A stretch of 64,000 nucleotides of DNA, from the NCBI GenBank assembly GCA_963744015.1, contig CAVUSA010000002.1, forward strand, positions 7,395 through 71,394. The letters run 5' to 3'. A model generated the notes under the pieces. The model was not told where the DNA came from, ran no database searches, and saw only the letters and a program-made list of their open reading frames with translations. The position numbers were made by a program, and so were the translations under genes. Of this stretch, positions 13,621-25,221 are shown piece after piece. The DNA is from an uncultured Gammaproteobacteria bacterium. GTDB lineage: Bacteria > Acidobacteriota > Terriglobia > Terriglobales > Acidobacteriaceae. Positions within the stretch are counted from its first letter, which is position 1. Each line of letters begins with the position of its first letter.

Positions 13621-13917
13621 GCGGTAGGGGGAGGGATGACAGGGGAGGGGCGAAGGATGAAAGGGGTAGGGGCGCGCAGGGGCCGCGGAAAATCTGTGGC
13701 CGCGCAGGAATCTCTTGTGTTACTCTTTCGGCACTATCAGAGACACACCCGGGACCCTCCGCTACCCGGGGTATCAGCCGTTGCCGCTCCCTCCGAGGAT
13801 TACCGTTCAACCTTGCGCGACAGCGCGAAGTCATCTTCCCCAAATGACCGGGTTAACCGCTGCATGGCAAGGCGCATATTTCTCCCGGTATGCGTCTGGG
13901 TCCAGGAGGCTCCTTCG

Positions 13918-14832
13918 ATGAAGTACCGCCCCGCTCCGAACTACAAACTTCCTCTTCTGCTGGCTTTGCTCGCGGCACCGTTAGGCGCGCATGCGTCGGA
14001 CACGCTGCTTCCGGCAGGCTCTCTCATTCAATGCACAATCTCGGAACCGAAGCTTTCGTCGAAGACGGACCAGGTTGGCGATCCGGTGCTGTGCCAGGTT
14101 TCGCACGCGGAGCTCTACGGCCGCGCCACGATTCCGTATGGCTCCTACCTTGTAGGGCATTTTGAAGACTTCAAGGACCCGGGCCACTTCGTTGGGAAGG
14201 GCTGGGTAGAGCTGCGCTTCGACCGCCTGGTCATCCGTGATCAGATCGTCCCTCTGAACGCACGCGTGGTTGAGGTGCCGAAGTACCCGGTAGACGCTGA
14301 GGGCCGCATCCACGGTACCGGGCATGCGGTGCGCGATACCGTGGAGTGGTTCATCCCGGTGCTGTGGCCGCTCGATATCATCAATCTGCCGCGGCGCGGA
14401 CCACGCGTGGTGCTGAAGCCTGAAACCCGTATGACGTTGAAGGTGATGGACGATGTGGGTCTGCCGGCACAGGAGCGCGCCTACGATGCCGCGCCCCCCA
14501 TGCGCCAGCCCGCGCTGATCGAGCGCAATCCGGACCAGCAGAGCTACGTGCCGCAGCAGAGCTACGCACCCCAGCAAAGCTACGCCCCGCAGCAGCAGTA
14601 TGCGCCGGCACCCATCGTGCAGGCGTATGCGGCTCCTCCGCAGCAGGCTCCGCAGACGATCATTTACAACAATTACGCGGCACCGCAGCAGCCCCCGCAG
14701 CAACAGCAGCAGGTGGTGGTTGTGCAGTCGGCTCCGCAGCAAAGCTATGCCCCGCGGCCCGCGGCTCCGGCCTACTACAACTACCCGGCGCCCCCGCCAC
14801 CGCCGTATGGCTACTACCGCGGCTACCCGTAA
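13918..14832 (+). CDS. Secreted hypothetical protein with Gln/Pro/Tyr-rich repetitive tail
   Basis: Signal peptide ending AHA-S; beta-rich domain; QQSYAP repeats. Confidence 0.7.
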   Translation: MKYRPAPNYKLPLLLALLAAPLGAHASDTLLPAGSLIQCTISEPKLSSKTDQVGDPVLCQVSHAELYGRATIPYGSYLVGHFEDFKDPGHFVGKGWVELRFDRLVIRDQIVPLNARVVEVPKYPVDAEGRIHGTGHAVRDTVEWFIPVLWPLDIINLPRRGPRVVLKPETRMTLKVMDDVGLPAQERAYDAAPPMRQPALIERNPDQQSYVPQQSYAPQQSYAPQQQYAPAPIVQAYAAPPQQAPQTIIYNNYAAPQQPPQQQQQVVVVQSAPQQSYAPRPAAPAYYNYPAPPPPPYGYYRGYP

Positions 14833-14857
14833 TTCTCCTGCTCCTCGTGAAGCCGAC

Positions 14858-14890
14858 AGCCCCATCCGTTCACGGATGGGGCTGCTTTTT
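14858..14890 (+). terminator. Rho-independent terminator
   Basis: cagccccatccg-ttca-cggatggggctg followed by cttttt. Confidence 0.75.
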
Positions 14891-14940
14891 GGTGCGGAAG
14901 CAAGGGAGCACGGGCCAGAGCTCAGGAGGTTGCCCGAATG

Positions 14941-14974
14941 AAGAAGAGCCTCATCCGTATGAGGATGAGGCTCT
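14941..14974 (-). terminator. Probable terminator of the minus-strand NHL operon
   Basis: agagcctcatcc-gtatga-ggatgaggctct, 12-bp stem. Confidence 0.6.
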
Positions 14975-15045
14975 CCGGTTCGTTAACTTGATTGGGCAGA
15001 AACTGGCTGTATTCAATGGTCCTGTTCCCTGGACCGGTTCCCTGC

Positions 15046-16920
15046 TTAGGGTCCCACATTGGCGGCGAGCGGAGTGACCACCGGCACGGCGAGACCCACG
15101 AACTTCGAGACCGTATTGTTTCCGGAGTTCGTGGTCCATACGGAACCGGAGTTGTCCACCGCGACTCCCACCGGATTGGCCAGCGATCCGTAGCCAGCGC
15201 CGGAGGAAAGCTGCACATTCGAGCCGGCAGTGATTTGCGCGAGCCCGCCGCTGGCAAGGTTGTTGGCGATAAACAGTGTGGTGCCGTCCGATGCAATGCC
15301 CGCAGGATTCGCGAGCCCGTTGGTCGACGGGCTGACCGCGATGGGCGTACCGGCGGAGGTGAACTGGCTCACCGCGCCCGAAACGGCTGTTCCCGTGACG
15401 TAGCCGGTAGCTGCGACGCGGCTGGAGCTGTCCACTTCGACCGCAAAGGGACCCTGCAGGGCGGAGTCGGTAAGCGTAGCCTGCCATGCGCCGGCGTTCG
15501 AAAGCTTCACAACCGATCCTAGTCCGCTGGTGACATAGATGAATCCGGTGGGTCCCACGGCAATGCCGGATGGAACCGAGATGGTGGGGGCGCTCTGGCT
15601 GTTGATGCCGTAGAAGGGCGAGCCGCTGAGCGGGGTGCCCGTCGAGTTCAGCGCCGTGACGGAATCGCTGTTCAGGTTGGCGACCCAGGCATTGGCGTTG
15701 GAATCGAGTGCGATGGAAACCGGTCCCAGCAACCCTCCGCCGGTAAATACGGTGGAGCCGACGATGGTCCCAATCCCATTGACCCCGAACTTGACGACGG
15801 AATTTCCGCCCGTGTTGGCCACCCAGACATCGCCCGCACGATCGATCGCGATACCCTGTGCGCCGATGAGCCCGGCCGCGGCCTGGTTGCCGATGGGGCG
15901 TCCGTCCACCGCGAACTGGCTGATAAGGTTATTGCTTTCGTTGGTCACCCAGGCGTTCCCGCTGGCATCGATGGCGATACCAAAAGGCGTTGAAAGATTG
16001 CCGCCGCTGCCCGCCATCGTGATGGCCAGGGCAAAGTCGGACGGCGCAGCGGTAAGCGTGGGCTGGAAAGGAGCCGCGGCCGGCAGCAACGAGAACAGGT
16101 TGGTGATGGCCGGCAGGCCCGGGGTGCGAGCCATCGCCAGCGCCGCGCCAAACGTATCCGAGGCCCCGGTCGCGGAAAACAGAGAGGCACACGGGGAGCT
16201 GGTCGCGCCGGTGGTGTTGACACATGCAGCCAGGATATCGGCCAGGGTGTTGATCTCCGCGGTGGGCACCGCGACGCCCTGCTGGAGCGTGCCGCCGGCG
16301 AGTCCCGTCGTGGTATTCGCCAGCACGTTGGCATTCGTGAACGCGTTTGCAAGCCCGGTGGCGTTGGCTCCCGCGGCGCCGATGTGCGTGAGGTCCGTCG
16401 CAAAGGGCGCCAGCGACCACGCGGCAGCGACGGTCGTCACCTCATTCAGGCTGGTAAATGTGCTGGGCGTCAGGCTGGAGCAGGCTCCCAGCGCGGCCGC
16501 CATGCTGAGAGCGGCATTGGTGCCGGAGCCCGGGTTACCTCCCGTTGCGGTCAGGTAAACCTGCGTCGCGGAGGAGCAACTGTACTTGCCGGTGAGCGAA
16601 AAGCTGCCGGTCGCGTCTGTCACGACGGTCGATGTAAGCAGTGCTGTCGACGCGGATTTGAGTCCCGAGGTGCCCACCGTGTAGAGCTGAATGGTCGCTC
16701 CCACCACTGGCTGCTGCCCGCCGTGCACGCTTCCGGAGATGCGGACCAGGGCCGTTCCGCCCGTCATTTCGGAAGGGCTGCTGGTCAGCGTGCTGGCGCA
16801 GCCGGCAAGCAGTGTCGCCGACGCGAGCGCCGCTAGGGACACAGCGGCGGGGCGCAGCCGTTGCGGGTTCAGGTGCGTCGTGTGGAGGGTCGTGGTGCGG
16901 GGGCTCTTCATGGGGTGCAT
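15046..16920 (-). CDS. NHL-repeat beta-propeller lipoprotein
   Basis: LLAGC lipobox; GSVHGGQQPVVGATIQLY; repeated P.GIAIDASGNAWV.N; start uncertain (16911-16950). Confidence 0.85.
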   Translation of the reverse strand: MHPMKSPRTTTLHTTHLNPQRLRPAAVSLAALASATLLAGCASTLTSSPSEMTGGTALVRISGSVHGGQQPVVGATIQLYTVGTSGLKSASTALLTSTVVTDATGSFSLTGKYSCSSATQVYLTATGGNPGSGTNAALSMAAALGACSSLTPSTFTSLNEVTTVAAAWSLAPFATDLTHIGAAGANATGLANAFTNANVLANTTTGLAGGTLQQGVAVPTAEINTLADILAACVNTTGATSSPCASLFSATGASDTFGAALAMARTPGLPAITNLFSLLPAAAPFQPTLTAAPSDFALAITMAGSGGNLSTPFGIAIDASGNAWVTNESNNLISQFAVDGRPIGNQAAAGLIGAQGIAIDRAGDVWVANTGGNSVVKFGVNGIGTIVGSTVFTGGGLLGPVSIALDSNANAWVANLNSDSVTALNSTGTPLSGSPFYGINSQSAPTISVPSGIAVGPTGFIYVTSGLGSVVKLSNAGAWQATLTDSALQGPFAVEVDSSSRVAATGYVTGTAVSGAVSQFTSAGTPIAVSPSTNGLANPAGIASDGTTLFIANNLASGGLAQITAGSNVQLSSGAGYGSLANPVGVAVDNSGSVWTTNSGNNTVSKFVGLAVPVVTPLAANVGP

Positions 16921-16992
16921 CTCCGTTGCGCAAGGCCTTCGTTTCAGCAACTCGTCTCCTGTTTCTTCGGCGGGGCGTGGCTTCGGCCGGCA

Positions 16993-19900
16993 TCATTGCG
17001 GGGTAAAGCTCATGGAGACCGGTGTGGCAGGTGCGTAATCTCCTGTCGGGTCGGAGCTTTGCGACGCCTGGATCGTGACCACCGTTCCCGTTCCAGTGAC
17101 CGTGAGCGTCGAGCCGCTGATCGACGCAACGCTGTTTGCCGGCCGTAATGGTGTAGGTGACCGGCAGGCCGGAGGTTGTGCGCGCTGCCAGCTGGTAGCT
17201 TGCGCCGTGGGGGAAGTTGGGCAGCGGGAAGAACAGGATGCTCTGCGGAGCGCCGCCGGTGATGTTGAAGTTGCTGCTGACGCTGTTCAGGGTGTAATTG
17301 ATCTGGCCAAAGGTTGTCAGTTGCAGGCTGGAGGAGACCGGCACGGCGGTGTACGTTCCGGCAGCGGAATCGCGCGTGGCACCCGTAGTGGCCGCTGGCG
17401 TCGAGGTAAAGACGGTGCTCGCCAAATCACTGTACTTGTATCCAGTGACCGTCGCCGTGCAGACGTTGGCAGTGTTGAAGACGCGGTTGGCGCATGAAGC
17501 TGTCACCGTCAGGGTCGCCGGGGTGACGGTCTGCGAGGGGCTTGAAGTTGTGGCAGACGGCGTATAGCCCGTCGCACCGTTATAGGTGGCGGAGAAGCTA
17601 TGGGTGCCAACGTTCAGGTTCGCAATCGAGAAGGAAGCCACGCCGCTGGCCAGGGTGACGGTCTGCACGGGCAGGCCGTCGGCATAGAGCGTCACCGTCC
17701 CGGTGGGGGTGCCGGAGCCACTCGTGACGGTAGCCGAGAGCGCAGCCGGTGTTCCATAGACAACCGGGCTCGCCGGCGCGCTCAAGGTCGTAGAGGTGCT
17801 GACTGCGGTCGCTCCGGATACGGTCAGTACGTAGGCGGACGCGGTTGAGGAGCCGGAGAAGTTGGCGTCACCGCTGTAGTAGAAGGTGAAGTTGTGTGTT
17901 CCTGCGGCCAGGCTGCTGGTCGTGAAGTACGCCTCGCCCGACGCGTCGAGACTACCGGAGGCAACCGTAACCGACGACCCGTTGACCGTGTCGGTCAGCG
18001 TGTAGGTGCCGGTGGGAATGGTGTAGACGCCGTTGGTGACCGCGCCCAGGCCGGGGGTTTGCGGACGCATCAGCAGCGTTACGCTGGAGCCCGCGGCAAT
18101 GGTGGACGGTGAATTCGATGGCACAAAGGCGTTGGCGTCGGTGGCGAGCGCCCGTTGGGATCCAGTTCGTCACGCTGGTCGCGGAGTTCGAAACCGTGCT
18201 GCCGAGGAAGGTCCGGGGAAGTAGAGCGTGCGCCTGTCCGCCGTCAGCGACGTCTTGACGGCATTTGCGGCCATGGGCGTGCCGGGGTTCTGCGAGATGG
18301 TCTCGCGTGGTGCCGCGTGACGCCCTGGCCGGTGTTGCCGCCGACGCCGAGGTAGAGGCACGCCGTTGAGGTCTGGCGAGCTGGTGGCCGGGTCGGTGTA
18401 GGGCATGTCGTTGTATTCGGCGTAGGTGCGAGGTGGGCAGGTTGGTGTCGAGCCCGAGAACTCGATGTAGCCGCGCGGGTTCGACCTGGTCGACGTAGGA
18501 GTTCAGCATGATCCAGGTGGAGTAGGTGCCGTAGGGCCGGCCGAATTCGAGGCCGGTCATGCCGGTGGTCTGCGACGTGAAGACGTTGCTGTTCATGACG
18601 TAGCCGCTCAGGTAGTCGTTCGAGCTGCCGGTCTGGACGGCCTTGTTCTGCGCCTCGATCGTGGCGGTGCCGCTGACGCCGGTGCCGTGCGGAACGGTGT
18701 AGATGCTGGTGTAGTCGAAGGCGGCGGCGGCGTCGCCGAAGATGTAGTCGACCGTGCCGGTGACCTTGCCGCGGAACCAGTACTGCCGCGCAGGGACGTT
18801 GCCGCTGCCGATCTGCGCCGCGTAGATGGTGTCCTGCAGGCTGGTGGCGTAGACGTTGTTGATGACGGAGAGGTCGGAAGTGATCCAGATCGGCAAGAGC
18901 CTGCGAGGCGCAGAGCAGGCCGGAGTTGAACAGATCGTTGTACGTGCGGGCGGTGGACTGGCCGGCGACGCAGGTGCCGTTCGAGCTGCTGGCGTAGGTG
19001 GTCGTGGTCGTCGTGGTGTCGGTAGTCGTAGGTGTTCGGCAGCGAGAAGTTTTCGCCGTAGAAGTTGAGCGGCGTCAGCGTCGAGGAGCTCGACGGCGAG
19101 TATTGATGCCCGCGGCGACAACCAGCGTGGAGGAGCCTTCGATCGCCCGTGAACACCGTGCTGCCCGCCGGAAGCTGTGCGCCGTTGGAGTTTGAGGCGT
19201 TGAACTCGCCGCGTAGGCGTAGAGCCGGACACCGAAGGCGCCCGCCTCGTGCGTGAGGACGACCTTGGTCGGATCGCCGCCCAGGCCGCGCAGCGCCACG
19301 TTCGGCTGCACAACTGTGACAAAGCCGGTGTAGGTGCCGGGCTTGATGTAGACCGATCCGCCGCCGACGGCCGGGATGGCGTTGACCGCGGCCTGCACGC
19401 TGGTGTAGTTGCCGGTGCCGTCAGCGGCGACGAGATTCTGCGTCGCGCCGACCGCCGCCGTAGTCGTGGCCTTGGTAACGGTGTAGTTGCTGACGCTCGC
19501 CGTGGAACCGATGTAGTTCACCGTGTCCACCGGCTGGAAGGTGACGCCCAGCGTGTAGGTCCCGATGGCAAGGAAGCTGCCCGGGTTGATCGAAATTGTG
19601 CTGCCGCCGGAGGGGGTCGCAGTGTAGAGGTAGTATCCCGGAACCGCTGTGGACGTTCCGGTGACCGTGGCCGCGGCATCGAGGACCGAGGTGCCGATGG
19701 CCTGGCTGAAGGGCTGTGTCGTCGCGCCCGGGCTGAACGTGCTCGTCGTGGCAGCCTGCGCGATGCTGAAGGCCACTGTCGACGAGGTGGACCCGGTGAT
19801 CCCGTTCTGCGAAGGATAGGACGCCACGATGGTGTGACTGCCGGCGGAAAGACCTGACACCGGAATGGAAACCATTCCGCCCGAAAGCGTATAGGCAACC

Positions 19901-22900
19901 GGCGCCTGGTTGTCGATGGTGATGTTGACGAAGCCGGTGGGCGTCGAATTATCGCTTGCCATGATCGTGACGGGGAACGTCACTTCGCTGCCAGAGGCGG
20001 AGTAGATCGGGTTCGTGGGCGATTGCGTGCCGATGGTGGTGGTGGTGGTCACCGTCGCACCCGTCTTCGTGCCGGTCAGTTTCAGCGAGCCTGTCGTTGC
20101 GGTCGCGAGCGTGAAGGCCAGCGTGCTGGACACCGGACCGGTGCCGGACGTGGGCGTGAACTGCGAGGTCACCGAGCAGGCGTAGCCCGGTGTAATCGCA
20201 CTGGTCGCGAAGCAGTTACTCGGGCTCACACTGGTGATCGGAAACTCTGCCGAATCCTGCCCGGCGACCTGGAAGCCGGTGGCGTTGATGTTGCCGGCGT
20301 TTTCGTATGTTGCTCCCAGCGTGGTGCTGGTGCTGGTACCGAACGCGAGTACGGCGGCGTTGCGCAGCACCTGCGTGATGCTCCCGCTCGCATCCGCGCT
20401 GTAGACGACGCCGTTGCCATCCACAGCAAGGCCCGAGGGCGCAGTGAGCCCGGCGAGCACCGTGGTGCTGGTCGGGCCGGCCTGCGAAACCGGAATGTTG
20501 AGGACCGACTTGGACGTCGCATCCTGCACGTACACGTCTCCGGCCGGGTCGCCAGCCACCGCAACCGGGGTCAGGCCGGCAATAGTCACCGTCGGCGAAC
20601 CGCTGCCCGCCGCGTAGAGCGTCTGGGTGTAGACGCCGTTGACGTTCGTGACGCGGTAGACGCCGGGCGCGCCCTTGTCCGCGATCAGCAGGTTCCCCAT
20701 CCCGTCAAAGCTGAGACCCACGGGGTTGGTGAGGCCGGTGGCGACCGTGGTCAGCGGCTGGACCGTGCTGAAAGCCGTTCCGGCAGCTATTTCGAAGACG
20801 TCTCCGGAGGTCTTGTCCGCGACATACAGATTGTTGTTCGCGTCCACCGCGATGCCCTGTGGAAGCGTGATGGCAGCATTGGAAACGGTGCTGGCGGTGT
20901 AGGTTCCGCTCGCGCCCAGGGTGAACTTGGTGACGCTGGTGGCGCCCACGCTGGTGACGTAGACGTTGCCGTCCGTGTCGACCGCGACCTGGAGCGGGTT
21001 GGCCGGAGCTGCGCCGACCGTGGCGGAGACCGAGCCGGCGATGTTGCGCTTGAGGACATTGCCGGAGGTGGTATCCACGAAGAACAGGTTGCCGGCGCCA
21101 TCGATGGCGGAGCCGACCGGCGTTCCGCTCGAGACGACCGCGTTGGTGGCTGGCGCGGCGACGTCCGCAACGAGCGCGGTGCCGGTGGCGTTACCGGAGA
21201 CCGGGAAGACGGCCGAGCCGAGCACATTGGAGCTGGCATCGACCGCCGAGACGGAGAGGTTCAGCGTCCGGGGGCCAGGCTGCGCAGGCGTGAAGGTGAC
21301 CGGAACAGTGCAGTCGTCGGTCAGGTCGGCATTGGGCGCGGCGCAGGTGACGGACCCGACGGCGATGTCAGCGGGAGTGTTCAGCGCGGTAACGGTGATG
21401 CTCGCGGTGTTGACCGGGCCGTGGAACTGCAGCGTCTGCGTGTAGGGCGAACCGGCGGCCGTGGTCGAGCCCACCAGCGTGGGGACGAGCGAGACCGCTT
21501 CCACCTTGCGAATCAGCGAGTTGGCGGAATCCGCCAGGTAGAGGTTGCCGAGTGGGTCAACCGCCACGCCGAAAGCATTGGCGCCGGAGACGGAGAACGT
21601 GTTGATCGGGCATCCGTCGCCGTTTGACGAGCCGACCACATGCGCGGCGCAGGGCGTGCCGCTCTTGAAGAGCTGCCGGATGTAGCCGGTGGAGATGTCG
21701 TAGAACTCCACGGAGGATGCTGCCGTGTCGCCCAGGTAGAGGTTGCCGCCCGGGCCTACCGTCAGCCGCTCATAGCCATTCGAAAGCAACGCGGAAGAGC
21801 CCAGAACTGGCAGGTTGGGGGTGGTGGCGGTGGGAAGCGTGGTGGAGCCTCCGCCAGCCAGCAGGTAAACATTACCCGCGACGGGCGTCGTCACCGCGGC
21901 GGCTCCTGTGCCGCTGTTGGCCACAATCGAGGAGGCGATCGGGTTGTTGCTGCCGCCCACGTACAGCACGCGAATCAGCGAGTTGGCGATGTCCGAGAAG
22001 TAGACGTTGCCGGTATTGTCCACGGCGACGCCCTGCTGGCCGGCGTTGGCCGAGGAATAGAAGAAGGGGCAGCCATCGCCCTTGGCATCTTCGGCCACGG
22101 AGGCGCCGCAGGCTCCGCCGCGTGCGCTCGGGGTTCCGCTGAATCCTCCCAGGATGGTGTAGATGTACCCTTCATGCGCGGTGTAACTGAAGGTGCCAGC
22201 CGTGGAGGTGAAGCTGGTGGCCGAGTTGATGATGGCCCACAGGGGATTGGTGCCGGTGAAGAAGCTGGAAGTCTGGGGGCCGAGCACCATGCGGAAGCGC
22301 AGGCCGGCGCCGGTCGTGCCCGTCTCGGCGATGTAGACGTTGCCGTACTTGTCGGCCGCCACGCCACGGGGCTGGTTGATCGCGGCCACCGAGGAGTTCG
22401 TGTTCGTGCCCGGGCAGGAGCCGCCCGCCGCCGTTCCGGCCACTCCGGCAGTCGCATCGCCGCTCAGGTTCGAGTACGGGCTGGCGAAGCTGTTATCCCC
22501 TTCGGTTCCGGCCCATGTGTCCAGCACGGTATTGCCGGTGGGCGAGCCCGTGGCGCCGCCGCCGACCGTGCCTACGCATCCCGCGATCCGGTACATCGAG
22601 CCGACCTGCTTGCGTCCCGTTGTATTCGGGCAGAGCGGCGAAGCGGCGGTGCAGATGATGTGGATCATCTGGGTGCCGTATCCCGCCACCAGCACGTTGC
22701 CGTACGGGTCGACCCCGATGCCGCGTGGGTTGGAAGTAAACACCGTCTGCAACGACGGGCAGCCATCGCCGGAAGAGTCGAGCAGGCCGTTCGCGGCGGT
22801 GCAGTTTGTGCCTTTGCCGGCAACCCGGCTGACAATGCCGGTCTTGGGATCGTACTTGCGGATCTCGCTGTTGGAAGTGTCCGCGATGTAGATGTTGCCT

Positions 22901-23250
22901 TGAGCGTCGCTGGCGATGCCGCCGCGCAGGTCGCTGCTGAAGTTCGTCTGAGGGCCGGGGCAGCCGTCGCCCAGCGAATCGAAGGATTTATACGGGCTGC
23001 CGGCGGCGCATGCCACGGGCGTCGAGGCGGTACCCGTCGAAGTGGCTCCGCCGCCCGCCACCGTGGTGATGGTGTAGGGCAACGCAATGGGAGCCTGCGC
23101 GGCGGCCGGTTGTTGCGCTGCTCCTCCCGCGAACACGCCGGCGACTGCCCAGAGCATCAAGCGAAGACGCGAGCCTGCTGCGCCCCTGCGCGGAGAAAGG
23201 GAGGGACGGGATTGCACCGGAGCGGCGATCGACGCGGAAGTGATAACCAT
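16993..23250 (-). CDS. Giant exported protein (~2,080 aa): NHL repeats, Ig-like domains, pectinesterase (CE8), Ig/MBG-like domains; frameshifted
   Basis: ORFs 19075..23298, 17952..19322 and 16535..18124 join; VAADGTGNYTSVQAAVNA, YIKPGTY, QDTIY, GTVDYIFG, FGRPYG; Ig motifs GTHSFSATYNG, YYSGDANFSGS. Confidence 0.8.
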
Positions 23251-23515
23251 GAGGCAGCTTCTTTCCTGAAACTTGAGGTACGGACGTGCGGAGCGCACTC
23301 CTGCAGATTGCCTTCCCCGCTAGCCGCGTGAAGACGTCGTGAAAATCTGCTAAGTCAGTGCGGGGAGAAATATAGCCATGCGGAAGACCACTTGTAAAGT
23401 GGTCTGACCAACAATTCCGCAAGCCGCACTCCTGTCCGGTCTTTTGCCGGGTACCCGGCACAAATGCCCGCGCATGCGCGTCTTCCCCAGGCTCAACCAT
23501 GGATACAATCGTCGT

Positions 23516-24949
23516 GTGACCCACGGCACATCCGTTCTCACCTCACGGGAGGTCCCTCCCGCATCCCGGGAATCCTGCGCGCCGGGCGCTCGCTGGCACC
23601 GTGCGGCCGCGTTCTGGCTGGCCTTGGGCGCGCTTCTGCGGCTGGTGTGCGCCATCTTCCCGCGAGACCGCGACGATGACACGGATGTTTACCTGGAGCT
23701 GGGACGGAACCTGCTGCATCGCGGCACCTACGGCTTCCTCGATGAGGGCACCGTCTCTCCCGCGCTCTTCCGCCTGCCCGGATACCCCATCTTCCTCGGA
23801 GCCCTGGGCGGCCACACGGGGTTGATCTTCCTGGTTCAATCGCTGGTCGATCTTGCCGGGTGCTATCTGCTGGGGCGTTTTCTTCGCCGCTACGTCTCGC
23901 CGCGCGCCGGGCTCGCCGCCGTGGCGATCTCCTCCACCTGCCTGTTCACCGCCATCTACGCTGCCTGCGCGCTGACCGAGAGCCTCTCCGCGTTTGCAGT
24001 TGCGGCCGCGATCTTCTGCCTGGGCGAGTTGCTCCTGAAGCCAGATGCCTTCGCGTTCGCCGGCTGGCGGAAGCGCCTGCTGCCGCTGGCGGCGACCGCG
24101 ATGCTGGCTATGCTGCTGCGTCCGGACGGCGCCTTGCTCACGCTCGCGACTGCGGCCGCGCTGCTCGTCTACGGCACGCGCCGTGCGGGGATGCACAATG
24201 CCGTGCGCACGGCCGGCCTGTACGTGCTGCTGGCCATCGTCCCGCTGGTTCCCTGGGCGATCCGCAATGCGGTCACCTTCCACGTCTTTCAGCCGCTTGC
24301 GCCGCGCCATGTCAACGATCCCGGCGAACGCGTCAACCTGGGCTTTTACCGCTGGCTGCGCACCTGGGCCGTCGATTTCGAGACCACCAGCCGCGTGTTC
24401 TGGAAGGTGGGGACGGAAACGATCGATCCTGCAGCGCTGTCCTCGCGCGCCTTCGATTCGCGCGCCCAGCAGGCCGCCACGTACGCCCTGCTCGCCGAAT
24501 ACAACCAGCGCAAGGACCTGACGGTCGAGCTCGACAACCGCTTCAACGCGCTCGCAGACGAGCGCATCCATGCGCATCCCATCGACTACTTCGTCAAAAT
24601 GCCCGTCCTGCGTGTGCTGGACATGTGGCTGCGGCCGCGGACCGAGGGCATGGAAATCCATGTGAGCTGGTGGCGCTGGCGCGAGCATCGCGGACAAAGC
24701 GCGGTGGCGCTGGCGCTCGGCCTGCTGAACCTCGCCTACGTGCTGGCGGCCGTGGCCGGCGCGTGCCGTCGCCCGCCGCTGGCGGTTTTGCTCGCTACCT
24801 ACCTCGCCCTGCGTTGCCTGCTGCTGGCGACGCTTGAAAATCCCGAGCCGCGCTACACTCTCGAAGCTTTCCCCATTCTGTTCGTGCTGGCAGCGCTGCT
24901 CTTCAGGCGCAGAACCCCGGCCCCCGACGAGTTGCACCCAGCAACCTGA
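23516..24949 (+). CDS. GT-C fold (ArnT/PMT-like) membrane glycosyltransferase
   Basis: DDTDVYLELGRNL, RLPGYPIFL, LTESLS, LLRPDG, EPRY; multi-TM. Confidence 0.75.
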   Translation: MTHGTSVLTSREVPPASRESCAPGARWHRAAAFWLALGALLRLVCAIFPRDRDDDTDVYLELGRNLLHRGTYGFLDEGTVSPALFRLPGYPIFLGALGGHTGLIFLVQSLVDLAGCYLLGRFLRRYVSPRAGLAAVAISSTCLFTAIYAACALTESLSAFAVAAAIFCLGELLLKPDAFAFAGWRKRLLPLAATAMLAMLLRPDGALLTLATAAALLVYGTRRAGMHNAVRTAGLYVLLAIVPLVPWAIRNAVTFHVFQPLAPRHVNDPGERVNLGFYRWLRTWAVDFETTSRVFWKVGTETIDPAALSSRAFDSRAQQAATYALLAEYNQRKDLTVELDNRFNALADERIHAHPIDYFVKMPVLRVLDMWLRPRTEGMEIHVSWWRWREHRGQSAVALALGLLNLAYVLAAVAGACRRPPLAVLLATYLALRCLLLATLENPEPRYTLEAFPILFVLAALLFRRRTPAPDELHPAT

Positions 24950-25221
24950 CCTGCGAGCTCCACGGAACTTTTGCGCCGTCAACAGCAACTTATCCCGCCG
25001 ATGCGACTCTAGGGAACTATGTTCCGTCAAACCAGCGTTCCCGCAGCAGGCTCTTGCCGCGACGCTGACCGTTCTTACGCAAATTTAATGTCGGGATGGG
25101 ATACCCTGTTTTGTAAGGCCAAACGAGATTTTCGCGTCGCCCCAATGCCGGACGGGCTTGCTGACACGACGCCACGCCCCGGGAGATTCCCCTGAGCAAC
25201 GAGAGGGCTACGACACGTCTG

